64,000 bases of DNA from positions 1-64,000 of the forward strand of contig CAXHJY010001131.1 in NCBI GenBank assembly GCA_964016885.1. The letters run 5' to 3'. The DNA is from Eledone cirrhosa (lineage: Eukaryota). Position numbers and translations under genes: made by a program. Shown in pieces: positions 15,004 through 30,475 of this stretch. The notes under the pieces are model-generated. The model was not told where the DNA came from, made no database searches, and saw only the letters and a list, made by a program, of their open reading frames with translations. The stretch's first letter is position 1. Each line of letters opens with the position of its first letter.

Positions 15004-15260
15004 TATTAAGATGATGTTTGGAACATAACATTTAGGTAAATATGAACACTTTAAAACAAACGGTTTCACGTCATACAACCAGGGATGCTTCAGGGGGTTC
15101 GGTACCAGAGGGTTTAGGTTGTTGCCTAAAGAATTATTGGTATGACATTTTATTTGTTTAAATAGGGAGAGTTTTGTTAATAATCTAAAAATGGTAGTGA
15201 AAAATTATGACTTTTTTTGGAAGGACAAATACACACAGACATTGATAAACAGGCGAAACT

Positions 15261-15355
<95 letters not shown>

Positions 15356-15459
15356 TATTGAAATTTCCGTTGAAAACAGAAAAGGTCATAGAAGTGAAGA
15401 GTGCTCTATGTAAGTATCAGAGCAAAATTTAATGTATAAAAATTAATACAATATAATTA

Positions 15460-15529
15460 CCTCATTACCAGAGGTTTCCCGAATGAGGCGAATACGAAAG
15501 AAGCGTCTTCATTCGTTCGTCAGACGAGG
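15460..15529 (-). ncRNA. Type I hammerhead ribozyme fold (CUGACGA core, long stem II)
   Basis: Minus strand reads cctcgt CTGACGA a-cgaatga...tcattcg-g GAAA cc tct gg TA atgagg. Stem I cctcgt/atgagg, GUA cleavage triplet. Confidence 0.65.
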
Positions 15530-15531
15530 CA

Positions 15532-15568
<37 letters not shown>

Positions 15569-15576
<8 letters not shown>

Positions 15577-15762
15577 GAAAACACAGGTAAGCATTAAAAT
15601 ATTTTTTTTTAATGCTTACCTGTGTTTTCTCTTTTATCCTTTACACACCAAGATTGAACGTGATTCTTACAAACTTGTGGAGTTACCCCTAACCGTACGT
15701 TGAAACCGTCCATTAACCGACCCCGAACTGGATTACAATAAGCAATTTCCTGCTTCCCTAAC
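15569..15762 (+). mobile_element. Fold-back element with unique tail, between (TA)n tracts
   Basis: Arms ataaaagagaaaacacaggtaagcattaaaa / ttttaatgcttacctgtgttttctcttttat, then a ~125-bp one-sided extension. Confidence 0.55.
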
Positions 15763-15784
15763 TATATATATATATATATGTCTG

Positions 15785-15855
<71 letters not shown>

Positions 15856-15909
15856 TAATGTATGTATGTATAAGTGATTTCTACGCTACGTTTAAGCTTT
15901 TACGGTTTC

Positions 15910-15947
<38 letters not shown>

Positions 15948-16044
15948 ATATATATATACATATATATATATGCATATACATATATATATGTATATACATA
16001 TATATATGTATATACATATGTATATGTATATACATATGTATATG

Positions 16045-16076
<32 letters not shown>

Positions 16077-16077
16077 A

Positions 16078-16144
<67 letters not shown>

Positions 16145-16165
16145 CATATGTATATATACATATAT

Positions 16166-16232
<67 letters not shown>

Positions 16233-16249
16233 CATACATATATATATTA

Positions 16250-16349
<100 letters not shown>

Positions 16350-16825
16350 AAGAATGTATATACCAAATTCCACTCACAACTTATTGGTTAACTTGCATAG
16401 TATAGGTATTGCAGACGACAATTTGCCTTCGCCTCTATATACACATAGACATAGATATGTATGTAGAATGTGTTGACTGGTATGAATACAGATTTCCACA
16501 AGGCAGGGTAAAGTAAGTTATGTTAGAAAGAGTAAGTAAAATTGTTTGTATTCAAAAGAATTCGTATGTGACAAGACTCTAGATCTTGTGATTCACTCTA
16601 TCGGGCAAGCCCCAGGCATGATAGAATGGTTGATGAATTCCCGTAGGTGAGAAACATGCGATTGGTTACACTCACACGCGCACACATACACACGCATATA
16701 TATATATATGTATATGTATATGTATATATGTATATATGTATATAGATAAATTAATATATATATATATATAATATATATATATATTTTTCATGCTTTTCAT
16801 TTATATATATATATATATATATTTA

Positions 16826-16909
<84 letters not shown>

Positions 16910-16951
16910 AGAGAGAGTGGGTGTGAAAGTATGTGTGGAGTGGATGACTAT

Positions 16952-17014
<63 letters not shown>

Positions 17015-17080
17015 CTATTGTTAGACGATTTGAAAAACTGTATACTTAATGTCGGATATATATATATATATATATGTATG

Positions 17081-17155
<75 letters not shown>

Positions 17156-17191
17156 GTATATATATGCATGTATGTATATGTATGTATATGT

Positions 17192-17227
<36 letters not shown>

Positions 17228-17252
17228 GTATATGTATATGTATATATATATA

Positions 17253-17284
<32 letters not shown>

Positions 17285-17506
17285 CTCCCATATATATATA
17301 CATATATATATATATGTGTGTATATATGTATATATATATATATATACTCCCATATATATATACATATATATATATATGTGTGTGTGTATGTGTTTGTCTG
17401 TATAAATAAATATATATATATATGTATATATATAAATATATATATATGTATATATATATAATTATATATATATATGTATATATATATATAAATATATATA
17501 TATATA

Positions 17507-17538
<32 letters not shown>

Positions 17539-17553
17539 GATATATATATAAAT

Positions 17554-17599
<46 letters not shown>

Positions 17600-17619
17600 C
17601 TATATAATTATATATATAA

Positions 17620-17656
<37 letters not shown>

Positions 17657-17922
17657 TATATATATATACATATATTTTTGTCTGTAAGCATGTATGTATA
17701 TGTATGTATTTCTTATATGAAAATTGTTTTACTTCCACACATATAAGAACATTTTTATTTTATGCTGAAAATCACTTGGGCTCTTTAAATAATTCCTAAT
17801 GTCCAATATAGTAAAATCTGAATTACAAAAATCAGAAAATTATTAATCGTTTAAAATGCGCTGGTATCTTTTCCAACAGAATTTCATTCGCCGTGTGCAT
17901 ACACACACAGTTATATATGAAT

Positions 17923-17995
<73 letters not shown>

Positions 17996-17997
17996 AA

Positions 17998-18100
17998 CTG
18001 ATGATTTCTAAAGAATGAAACAGTTCTAGTCCTGTAGAATCTCATCTATATTAAAATATTTATACTCTGCTATATATTTTTATGTATTTTATACTCTGCT
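17998..18100 (+). mobile_element. HHR element family A, 5'-truncated immediately before the CUGAUGA core
   Basis: (TA)n a CTGATGA tttctaaagaat GAAA cag ttctagtc ctg TA gaatct. The 5' strand of stem I is replaced by (TA)n. Confidence 0.75.
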
Positions 18101-18123
18101 ATTATTGTGTTTCTTTTAGACAA

Positions 18124-18172
<49 letters not shown>

Positions 18173-18456
18173 CAAGAAAGGAAGTAGGCTGTGTGGTTAC
18201 TTTAAACAATGATTAAGGTGTTAATAAGGACGAAACAAGTGAAAAAACCCTACCTATATATGTATATATATACATATATATATATATACATATATATGTA
18301 TATATATATATGTATACATACGTATACACATATATATATATATGTATACATATATATGTATATATGTATATATATATATATATATACATATATGTGTATA
18401 TATATATATAATACGGGTTGATATTTATCAATGCCAGTACCGGTTGTATCTCAGCG

Positions 18457-18502
<46 letters not shown>

Positions 18503-18505
18503 CGC

Positions 18506-18560
<55 letters not shown>

Positions 18561-18740
18561 TATTCGATTGAGGAAAGTTGGTTGATCAACTCTGGTCACA
18601 AACACACGTAAAACACTCTACGACTTGCATTCCTTAAATTATTATCAATTAAAGTACCAGTAATGCACTGGTGATTGCTGGCCTTGTGCCTAAAGTGGAA
18701 ACAATTATCAATAAGGTACAATCCGTCTTTATAATATATG

Positions 18741-18804
<64 letters not shown>

Positions 18805-18994
18805 CACTGTAGGCGGGTGTGCGTGTACATATTTATATATATATGTATATATGATTATGTGTATGTGTGTGTCCCTGTTCTTTACTTTATTCATGAATTG
18901 TTAAGCCTGAGCTTTCCGCTCCAACGGCTTTACTATATCTTCAATAGCCTGAAACGTGTGTATGCATATGTGTGTACATATATATGTGCGCGTA

Positions 18995-19113
<119 letters not shown>

Positions 19114-19151
19114 ATGTATGTATACGCACACATATATATGTACACACATGC

Positions 19152-19182
<31 letters not shown>

Positions 19183-19198
19183 TACACACATATATATA

Positions 19199-19230
<32 letters not shown>

Positions 19231-19234
19231 ATAT

Positions 19235-19395
19235 AAAGTGTCGGGCTGAAACCTTGCCGTTGGAAATGCTAGTTCCAGTTCCAGACTCTGGAACTAGTTG
19301 TTGAAACGGCAAGAGCTCAGCCGTCGGGTCCCGACTCTTTATAATATAACCATACTCTACTACTCTACTACCCCAAGTATCGAGTACTCTGTTCA
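19235..19395 (+). mobile_element. HHR element family B, diverged fold-back copy
   Basis: GAAACggcaagagctcagccGTCgggtcc plus tail tactctactaccccaagtatcgagtact. Partial inverted arm at 19235-19285. Confidence 0.65.
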
Positions 19396-19446
19396 GTAAT
19401 GATCTAACCAGTTTCAAACTGAATCAATCCTGAGATATATATATAT

Positions 19447-19525
<79 letters not shown>

Positions 19526-19733
19526 CGTGTGTGTGTGTGTGTGTCTGTGTGTGTGTGTATGTATATATATACATACATTCATACCCAGACTTTTACGCAC
19601 GGACACGAGCACTTACACAAGCACAAACTCCAATCATAAAATTATACACACACACAGATATATTTATATATATGCCCCAGCATGGCCTCAGCCGGATGGC
19701 TGAAACAGGTAAAAGAGTAAAAGGGTAAAAGAG

Positions 19734-19829
<96 letters not shown>

Positions 19830-19896
19830 ATTTGAAAATGACTACCATGACTGAATCTTAACCATCTACTATGTCAGGGTATGTCATGCATCATCT

Positions 19897-19963
19897 TATT
19901 TTATCTGATGAGGATGTACTGTTGAACTTAACTCAGTACCTCTGAAATATGTATAATAAAATA
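19897..19963 (+). ncRNA. Minimal type I hammerhead ribozyme fold (family D)
   Basis: tattttat CTGATGA ggatgtactg..cagtacctct GAAA tatgta TA ataaaata. 8-bp stem I; stem II core gtactg/cagtac. Confidence 0.7.
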
Positions 19964-20013
19964 TAATTGATCACAAGAATATCTATTTTGTTAATATTTT
20001 GAATTAATATTAT

Positions 20014-20203
<190 letters not shown>

Positions 20204-20647
20204 GTATGTATGCGTATGTACATATATATATATACAAAACAAATAAATTGTATCTGTATGGATTTATTTAAACATTCCTATACGCATTTGCGATATATAT
20301 ATTAAAAGACAATAAAAATCACCCCCTATTGCCCGTATGAAATTGATCTTTCGTATACAAACTTATGTACAAACACATACACATACACACTTAAGGTCCA
20401 CTTATACATACACACATACCCACACACATACATACATACATACATACATACATACATACATACATACATACATACATACATACATACATTTAATGACCAA
20501 ACGCTATATGAAATTTCTATTACCAAATAGATTTATTTTCATGTGCTTTTAAATACTTTACTGTTGTTGGGCCGTACCAGTAATTAGCCCGGGAGTTTCA
20601 ACTACTTCTATTAAAGAATGACTTTCTATGTTATGCTAAATTTCTTC

Positions 20648-20726
<79 letters not shown>

Positions 20727-20763
20727 ACATATATATATATATATAAACATATATATATATATA

Positions 20764-20848
<85 letters not shown>

Positions 20849-20875
20849 ATATATATATATATATATATAAATATA

Positions 20876-21162
20876 TAAACGTTTGTATATGTATAATAAA
20901 GCCAAAACAATGCAGGTATGGACATAGAATATAGAATGCAAATGCAAAAGATATTGTTGACAATTAGTCTTTTACCTTAGATTTATATAAATAAATTTAG
21001 GACATTTAAATAAATCTAAGGTAAAAGACTAATTGTCAACAATATCTTTTGCATTTGCATTCTTTATTCTATGTCCATACCTGCATTGTTTTGGCTTTAT
21101 TATACATATACAAACGTTTATACCTCATTACACAATGCTTCAAGTGAACTATAACCTCCTCC
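20876..21162 (+). repeat. ~110-bp-arm fold-back with one-sided tail, between (TA)n tracts
   Basis: aaacgtttgtatatgtataataaagcc...ttttaccttagatttat / ataaatctaaggtaaaa...ggctttattatacatatacaaacgttt. One mismatch seen; ~40-bp extension. Confidence 0.85.
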
Positions 21163-21188
21163 ATATAAATATATATATATAAACATAT

Positions 21189-21223
<35 letters not shown>

Positions 21224-21287
21224 AACATATATATATATATAAACATATATATATATGTATAAACACATGTATATATATATATATATA

Positions 21288-21339
<52 letters not shown>

Positions 21340-21589
21340 TCCTATACGAATATACCTTTACCTTTAAAATTAGCAGACACACAATCATATATATATATAT
21401 ATTTTTATATATATACATATCGACATCTGCTCTGTATGTATGTATATATGTATGTGTGTACGTATCTATGCATATATATATGCATACACATACGTATATG
21501 TATAGATATAGGTAGATAGATATAAATATAAATCTAAAAATATATATGTATATATATATATATATATAACTCTCTTCCCACCCACTTTT

Positions 21590-21620
21590 CGCCTGAAGAA
21601 GGGCTTATGTCCGAAACGTC
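21590..21620 (+). ncRNA. Minimal hammerhead core (stem I 3' strand replaced by poly-C)
   Basis: CTGAAGA a gggc ttat gtcc GAAAC GTC. Confidence 0.55.
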
Positions 21621-21706
21621 CCCCCCCCCCCCCCTCAAGAGCGTGAAAAAATAAACCTTTGTTCGTACTGCCTCTCTGTTTTGTTCCCGTTCCATTTTTC
21701 ACTATA

Positions 21707-21807
<101 letters not shown>

Positions 21808-22797
21808 CTTTCTTAATCCGTTAGCTGTTCATTACTCAACGTCGTTTTAATATTAAACTCCATAAACTCCGTTTTAATATTAAACTCCATAAACTCCGTA
21901 TAGGTTTTTAATATTTCTTTCTAATGTCTACCCATCCGTTGCCCTAGCGACAAATTCCGAAACAATTATCATTAACAATTTTGTTAATTATTATTTTTGG
22001 TGGTGTCGTCGTTATTGGTGTTATCGAATTTTTAATTTTAACATCGCAGAATGAATTAGAGGTACGAGTAGTAATTTGAGGTAAATTCAGTTTGAGTTCT
22101 TATATACAATATGTTTCTGTATATAGTTGAAACACTTACTTCGTTTCACCAGCTCGTTAGCAACTATGTTTAATTACAAACATGACTCAAAGAAGTTTTT
22201 ATGTCTTCGGCCCTTTTTTGCCTGAATATCTGGGAACATAGTAATCAATACTTGAATACTTGAATACTTGAATACTTAAAATGTATAGTCTGAATATAAG
22301 GGTGTTTGGGGTACAAGGCTAACAGTTTTGGTGGAGGGGAAATTCGATTAAATCGACACCAGTGCATTGCTGGTACTTTATTTTATCGACTCCGTTATGA
22401 TGAAAGGGAAAGGTAACTTCGGCGGGATCTAAACTCAGAATGTAAAGGGCCGTAATAACAATAGGAATTATTATGTACATACATTAAAGTTACTTAACAC
22501 TTTATATTGTAGTAGAGTTAGCGTCGGGATATACGGTGTGTATGGGGCGACCTGATAGAGCCCATCCCTCGCCAGCAGATTTATTTCTTCTAGAGAAATA
22601 GAGAGAGAGAGGGGAAATTAGAAAGAGAGCTAGAGGAATAATCTAACCGGTGTAATACAAGGCAAGTACTTTATTTTAAGGACCTCGAAGTGATGAAAAG
22701 CGCAATGGAGTTCGACCGTATAAATTGTCAGATCATCTAAAATACCACAAGACCTTTCTATCCGAAGTTCTAACGATTCTGGACAATTTCCCGTGTG

Positions 22798-22899
<102 letters not shown>

Positions 22900-23002
22900 A
22901 AACTCGCATATTTGACGCGATGTCGAAGATAATTCGGGCCCCGACACTTTGATTATACCCTGAGCTGATCGATATCGATACAATTGTAATACGCCAGTTT
23001 GT

Positions 23003-23029
23003 ACATATGCTGCAACACATATGCTGCAA

Positions 23030-23074
<45 letters not shown>

Positions 23075-23113
23075 TACACACATACATACATATATATACA
23101 TATAAAAATATAT

Positions 23114-23212
<99 letters not shown>

Positions 23213-23278
23213 TATATACATATATCTGCACACACTCACACACACATATCTATATATATGTGTGTATATATGCTGCAA

Positions 23279-23331
<53 letters not shown>

Positions 23332-23473
23332 TACATATATATACATATAAAAATATATATACATATATATATATACATATATATATACATATATATATAC
23401 ATATATCTGCACACACTCACACACACATATCTATATATATGTGTGTATATATGCTGCAACACATATGCTGCAA

Positions 23474-23525
<52 letters not shown>

Positions 23526-23541
23526 ATATATATATACATAT

Positions 23542-23607
<66 letters not shown>

Positions 23608-23623
23608 ATATATATATACATAT

Positions 23624-23692
<69 letters not shown>

Positions 23693-23765
23693 TATATACA
23701 TATATATATACATATATCTGCACACACTCACACACACATATCTATATATATGTGTGTATATATGT
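23003..23765. repeat. Compound tandem duplication of microsatellite-embedded units
   Basis: atatctgcacacactcacacacacatatctatatatatgtgtg at about 23222, 23403 and 23714. atgctgcaac and cataTAAAAATatat recur. Confidence 0.8.
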
Positions 23766-23861
23766 ATGTATACATACATATACATATACTCTATTGTCCT
23801 AAGTACCGAGTACTTAGCTGAATATGGTGTTACTAGTCTGATTGGTAACTTACAACATAAC

Positions 23862-23985
23862 CGAATGAAATAGTTCTAGTCCTGTAGAACTCCTTTCTAT
23901 ATATAATAAAGATGCCTATACTCTACCAAGGTATTGAGTACCTCTTTTAACTGTTGTTACCACTGACACCACAAGTGAACCTACA
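23862..23985 (+). mobile_element. HHR element family A, old truncated copy
   Basis: gaatGAAAtagttctagtcctgTAgaac...tactct...gtattgagtacct...ctgttgttacc. Confidence 0.6.
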
Positions 23986-24411
23986 TATTATATATTATCA
24001 TCGCCGAGGTTGACTTTGCCTTTCATCCTTACGGGGTCGATAAAATAAAGAACCAGTAATGCACTGGGTAATTGCTGGCCTTGTGCTTAAAGTAGAAACA
24101 ATTATCATATTTGTATAGGGTGTGTTCCCAGTATATATTTACTTACGTTATTGGCCCCTGCAGAAGGAGAGGGAAGCGGTCTGAAATTTAAGGCCCGTTG
24201 GTGGGATTGTGTGAAAGAAGAAAAGAGAAATATGACTTATAAATGTAGCATTAAATACGGGTGAAGCTTTGGTTCTTATATAGTCTGGTGTTTGGTGGCA
24301 TCCTGTTAATGTAGCTCATTCGATGTTACACAATTATTCATTTTAAGAATACACACAGACACAGATAGACAGACGCACACACACATATATACCATCCATT
24401 ATATATGTATG

Positions 24412-24469
<58 letters not shown>

Positions 24470-24470
<1 letters not shown>

Positions 24471-24651
24471 CGAAGGAAGTGTGGTAAGGAACCAGGTGGA
24501 CCATAACGCACCAAAGTACTCAATATTAGGGTAGTAGAGTGGGTAATAGGAACCAGTAAGACCCCGACGGCTGAGCTCAAGCCGTTTCGCCGTTTCGTCC
24601 AGAATTAGCCGTCGAAATGGCTTGAGCTCAGCCGTCGGGGTCTTACTGGTT

Positions 24652-24699
<48 letters not shown>

Positions 24700-24900
24700 G
24701 GGGGGGGGGGGGGGTATATACATATATATATATGTGTGTGTGTGTATATATATATATAAATAAACAGAGGGTGTGGTAAGATACCAAGTTGACCATAACG
24801 TACCAGAGTACTCAATACTTAGGGTAGTAGGGTGGGTAACCCAGTTCGGATGTAGTTGTCGAAACGGCCGGACTCAGCCGTCGGGGTTCTGACCCTTTTA
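24470..24900. mobile_element. Two HHR family B fold-back copies separated by (TA)n
   Basis: Palindrome ataggaaccagtaagaccccgacggctgagctcaagcc...ggcttgagctcagccgtcggggtcttactggttcctat. Second diverged copy at 24765-24900. Confidence 0.75.
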
Positions 24901-26493
24901 CTATATATATATATATATATATATTCAGTGTTGTTTTATCAGTTGGCTTCGTGCCTAAATTAGAAATCATTATTTTTAAGTATCGGTAGAGGGTCGGACG
25001 CCATGCTTTGAAGCACAGAGGTACGGCCCTTTATTGTCTGAGTTCAAATCCCGCCGAGGTTAACTTTGCCTTTCATCCTTACGGGGTCGATAAAATAAAG
25101 TACCAGTAATACACTAGGATAATTGCTGGCCTTGTATCAAAAGTAGAAACAATTATTTTTAATAAAATCTTTCCCTTCAGTCCGGGTAAACCCAAAACAT
25201 ACATATATTGTCTAGATTGATTTCAAGCCAACAGTGTTAGGACATGTTTAAAACTGAGTATTTGAAATTCTTATATGGGGAGAATAATAATCAACGTGAG
25301 AAATTATTGTACTTGAAGAAGAATGGATACCTAATAGTGCGTATATGTTATGTTTTTAACAAAATACCTGAATGTTTTATACGCTGAGAACGACCCTCGA
25401 GGAAAATGTTTATACTTTGAGAAGAATAGATATATTTGGAATTATTATAGGGTGAGAATATCAATAAAAAGAGACATATTTTTATAGTGAGAGAAGAATG
25501 GACATCCAATAGTGGTTATGTATATTATGTTTAGAACAAATATTTAACATTGTTATTTGGTGAGAATAACAACCAAACGAGAGATATGTTTATATTCAGA
25601 TATGAATGTATACCCAATAGGGTGTGTATGTTTTTACAAAGTACTCGAAATTTTGAACACACGGCTCCAGAATCATACCTTAGCAGGGGCAATGGAACTG
25701 GTTGGGGGCAGAGGGTGTCATAGGCCGCCTCTCAATAATTTTATTTTTTTCCTCAAATTACCAAAAACGCATCAATCTGTATATACGCTACATATGTTTC
25801 TCGCATATTGAAATTTTTTTTTTTATATATCCCGGTTGATATTTGATAATAACAGCTAAACTAATCACTACAACTAAATTGTCCAAATCCCCCCTGTACC
25901 TCAATTTAGAAATGCTTGGTGGACCCCAACTCCAAAGACATCATATTATCTGTCCTCTGTTCTTTATTTATGGACGAATTTAGATGTATGTTTGATTTGA
26001 ACGGATATTAAGGCTGCTATGTTTTTCAGGTTGAACTATCCTGTTGCAGCTGTCCCACGGTTATATAGTAGCATCCCCAACTTCATTGCGCTAAAGAGAA
26101 ACACCCAATTATATTAATATATGTGTGTGTGTGTGCGTGTGTATGTGTGCCTGTGTCAATACTTATAATGAATATACATGCATCTCTCTCTTTCTATCTA
26201 TCTATATGTATATATACGTGTGTGTGTATATGAGTGTATTGTAGTTATATGTATCTATATGTATGTAAATATATGTATGTGTATATATATACCTATATAT
26301 ATATATATATATGTGGGTGTGTGTATGTGTTTATACATATATATATTAAAATATTAATATATATATATTTATTTATATATATATATATTTATTAAAATAT
26401 TAAATATTTGGTCTATAATTTTATATATTTTAATATATATTTATCTTTATCGAGCCCTCTTCGGATTTTAGTCTTCACATTTATTATTATTAC

Positions 26494-26534
<41 letters not shown>

Positions 26535-26802
26535 GTCTATCAATCTATCTCTCTATATATATACATATATGTAAATATATATAAACATTGGATTACGAAG
26601 CCACTCAAAGAGTATATATATATACGAGAAGAAGTTGACGGGACTGGCATAAGTTTCACTGCTACATATATACATATATACATACAGCCATACATACATT
26701 CATATATAGGTGTGTATATAGAGATGCCTTCAGGCATATGATAATATAATCTAAAATTATTTTACACTACATAACTATGTGGTGGAGTCCATAATGAGAT
26801 AT

Positions 26803-26856
26803 GAGGATGATGATGATGATGATGAAGAAGAAGAAGAAGAAGAAGAAGAAGAAGAA

Positions 26857-26887
<31 letters not shown>

Positions 26888-27077
26888 AAGAAGAAGAAGG
26901 AGGAGGAGGGGGGGGGAAGAAGAAGAAGAAGAAGAAGAAGAAGAAGAAGAAGAAGAAGAAGAAGAAGAAGAAGAAGAAGAATGAGAAGAAGAAGAAGAAG
27001 AAGAAGAAGAAGGGGGAGGAGGAGGAGGAGGAGAAGAAGAAGAAGAAGAAGAAGAAGAAGAAGAAGAAGAAGAAGAA
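26803..27077. repeat. (GAT)n/(GAA)n/(GGA)n trinucleotide tract
   Basis: Direct reading. Confidence 0.95.
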
Positions 27078-27459
27078 ATTAATAATAATCAATAATGTCT
27101 TTATTGGCCTTGGGGGCCGCCGAAAACATTAAGTGTTAAACAATAAACAAGGACCATAGACGATATTGATAAAACATGTAAAGAGAAAAATAAATAATTA
27201 TAATAACAAGTAATAAAAAATGTAGTTATAAATAAATAATAAAAGAATTGCCCACATGTGGCGGGCGGTGAGGGGGGTAACACACCACCCAGGGGTGATT
27301 GAGGTACCCCCCACAAAATCAGAGATCACCCAAATAACCAAGGGCACCCACCATAGGCAAGTGCCCTTCATGTGAATGATAATAATAATAATAATAATGG
27401 TGAGATGGGTAATATCTGACATTTGAATATTCAAATATGAATTTCGGTAGTATATATAT

Positions 27460-27519
<60 letters not shown>

Positions 27520-27801
27520 GCACACACTTACACAAACACACATATATATATATACATGCACACACTTACACACACACACATATATATATATATATATTAT
27601 ATATATATATATATATATACATATACATGCACACTCTTACACACACACACATATATATATATATATACATATATATATACATATATATATACATATATAT
27701 ACATACATATACATACATACATACATATACATATATACATATATATATACATATATACATATACATATATAAATATGCATACATACATATATATACATAT
27801 G

Positions 27802-27905
<104 letters not shown>

Positions 27906-28727
27906 CATATATACATATATAATTGGAAATTTAGTAAAATCGAATCTCTGGCGGTTTGCAAGCAAATTCGGCCTGTATATATATATATATATATACTTAT
28001 ATATACATATATATACTTATACACACCACACACACTCATGCACACACATGCACACACACACACACACACATATATATATACACATCTATGTATATATGCT
28101 TAGAGAATTAATGAAATTAAATGAAAGAAGAGAAGAAGGAAATAGAATGAAAATAAAAAACAAAATGAATTCTCACTCGATCAATTCATAGTTTCATTCT
28201 GTTGTTGATGTTGTTGCTGCTGCTGCTGTTGTTTGTTTCGGTCTTTTGTTTAAATCCAGGTTTTTTTAGATTTATTTTTTAAAAAAGATTTCATTCTCAA
28301 GTCTTTGCTGACTTCTTCATATCTTCTTTCTTCTTCATTGCATTTTCATTCATTTTCGTCGACTTTCTTTCCTTCTCAACTTTGTACTATCTTCGACCGA
28401 TCTCTTTATCACTTCCGTCTCTCTCTCTCCTTCTTTCTCTCTTTCTCGCCATATTACTCGGTCTATCACTCACTCTATCTCACTCTCTCGTTCATAACAT
28501 TTTTTTTTTTTTTCGTGTCATTCTTCATTCATTCTTTTGCTCTTTCTCTCTAACTGCGACTGATTCTTTCCTGTTTTCTATGCACTGTTTTCCTTCCTTA
28601 AAAACGTCTTACTTCTTACATAACACCTTTTAGTATCTCTCCTTCTTTCTCACTCCCTCTCTCTCTCCACGGTGAAATTATTATATATATATATATATTG
28701 TATATATATATGTATATTATATATATG

Positions 28728-28805
<78 letters not shown>

Positions 28806-28878
28806 TTTTCTTTCAACAATCTATGTTATTAATTTTATATAATACTCTTCAAATAAATCCGGGTAGGTCCCGCCAAAG

Positions 28879-30222
28879 TCAGTGGTTTGGCGAGTGTTGT
28901 TTTATAGAATGCTGGTGGTGGTGGGCTGGATTGTGCTGCTGTGCTAGTGTCTGCACAAGAGACTGCGATATAGAATGTGAATTGAGGTTGATGGCCGTTG
29001 AAATTAGTGGCGAGCCATTGTTCGCCCCGTTTGTGGACTGTAACGGACTACCACCTCCTCCATGCGTGTAGGAGACTGGGGTATGTGCTTGAGACATCGT
29101 ATGACCTACAATTGATTGCGATAAGGAATGTGAAGGTATGGATGTAGGTATCAGCGGAGATCCACCACCACCACTATTCGACCGCATTGGACTTCCTCCA
29201 CCTTGCATGGAATTTTCCGAAGTTTGAAGAAATTCTCCGTTCGGGCCGATAGTGCCGGGAGGAGTCATGCGTTTTTCTTTTTGTCGTCGATTACAAAACC
29301 AAACACGCACGACTTCTTTTTCTAATTGCAGTTGGTCAGCTAGGTTCGATATTTCCTGTGCTGACGGTTTCGGTTGCTTAATGAAATGGTTTTCTAAAGC
29401 GCCCTTCACTGTAACTTCGATACTCGTTCGCTTTTTACGTTTTCTTCCTTGAGCAGCTATTTTGTCAATACTGGTAGGAGATCCGGAAGTGGAATCGGCC
29501 TCCTCCAGCCATTTCTGTAGTAGAGGTTTTAATTTACACATATTTTTAAAACTCAATTGCAGTGCTTCGAAGCGACAAATGGTTGTCTGGCTGAAAACGT
29601 TACCGTAAAGGGTACCAAGCGCTAGTCCGACGTCAGCTTGTGTAAAACCTAATTTTATACGTCGCTGTTTAAACTGCTTAGCAAATTGTTCCAAATCGTC
29701 CGAAGTTGGTGCATCTTCATCGGAGGGTTCGTGGTGGTCTACCTCAGGATCAGGTTCTCTTAATAACGATGGATGCAACTGTTGTCCAGGGGTTAGCATG
29801 CCATTCATGTGAATACCGTAACCATGGTGTTGAAGTTGTGTGGCTCCATTTGTCATGTTTAGATGTGAAGAAACAGGCGAATGCCAAGCGTATGGCGATT
29901 GCATCTGTTGATTAACGCGGTTGTGTTGAGCATTCGGATGCGTTTCCAACACCTGTCCTTTGATGTCCTGCTGGTGGATCATATTAGACCAGTGGTTATT
30001 GTCCGTGTGAGATATACCGATCCATGGATTCGGATGATGAGTGAGGTGATGACCATTCTGTTGTTGGGTAGCCATATATTTCATGTCAGGTAATTCACGG
30101 TGCTGGTACTGCGTGGGTTGGGTAACGTGCCCTTGCATAACCGATGATGGATCTACTTGGACCGTAGCTAGAGATGATGGAGTGGCCGATGTTAGGTACA
30201 AACTCGTGGCAGAAGCAGCCAT
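28879..30222 (-). CDS. POU3: Class III POU homeodomain transcription factor (Brn-1/2/4, Oct-6, vvl family), intronless, 447 aa
   Basis: POU-specific domain [72 protein letters not shown], class III linker [16 protein letters not shown] and homeodomain [10 protein letters not shown]...[15 protein letters not shown]. Good Kozak context (aaaccATGg). A single coding exon is typical of class III POU genes. Confidence 0.98.
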   Translation of the reverse strand: MAASATSLYLTSATPSSLATVQVDPSSVMQGHVTQPTQYQHRELPDMKYMATQQQNGHHLTHHPNPWIGISHTDNNHWSNMIHQQDIKGQVLETHPNAQHNRVNQQMQSPYAWHSPVSSHLNMTNGATQLQHHGYGIHMNGMLTPGQQLHPSLLREPDPEVDHHEPSDEDAPTSDDLEQFAKQFKQRRIKLGFTQADVGLALGTLYGNVFSQTTICRFEALQLSFKNMCKLKPLLQKWLEEADSTSGSPTSIDKIAAQGRKRKKRTSIEVTVKGALENHFIKQPKPSAQEISNLADQLQLEKEVVRVWFCNRRQKEKRMTPPGTIGPNGEFLQTSENSMQGGGSPMRSNSGGGGSPLIPTSIPSHSLSQSIVGHTMSQAHTPVSYTHGGGGSPLQSTNGANNGSPLISTAINLNSHSISQSLVQTLAQQHNPAHHHQHSIKQHSPNH

Positions 30223-30384
30223 GGTTTGTATAGCTCCGTTTTCTCAATCTAACTTGTAAAAAGCAGGCTGGTACGTACGATTAAGTGTTAAGAGAAGTAT
30301 TGTGATAGAGATTCGCTATAGCGTCCGCCACACATATCTACTTATCTTCCTCCTCTGTCCGTACAACTCGTCATCTAGCAGCCA

Positions 30385-30475
30385 GCCTTGCCATTGGTCC
30401 GCTCGGCTCGTGATTGACGTGTAGTAAACATTAAATTATCACGATTCGCTAGACGCTCTTTCTCATTGGCTAGTT
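30385..30475 (-). promoter_or_regulatory. Putative POU3 proximal promoter
   Basis: Two CCAAT boxes in gene orientation (gaCCAATgg 30393-30397, agCCAATga 30465-30469), TGATTGACGT (PBX-like/CRE half-site) at 30411-30420 and forkhead-like GTAAACA at 30424-30430. Non-repetitive and CpG-containing, 170-250 bp upstream of the ATG. Confidence 0.55.

Noticed and set aside
26775-27092. Poly-K/R or poly-F/S protein
   Set aside because: It is the translation of a (GAA)n trinucleotide tract.
28823-30093. Short + strand ORFs overlapping POU3
   Set aside because: They are antisense shadows of the real CDS and have no recognisable domains.
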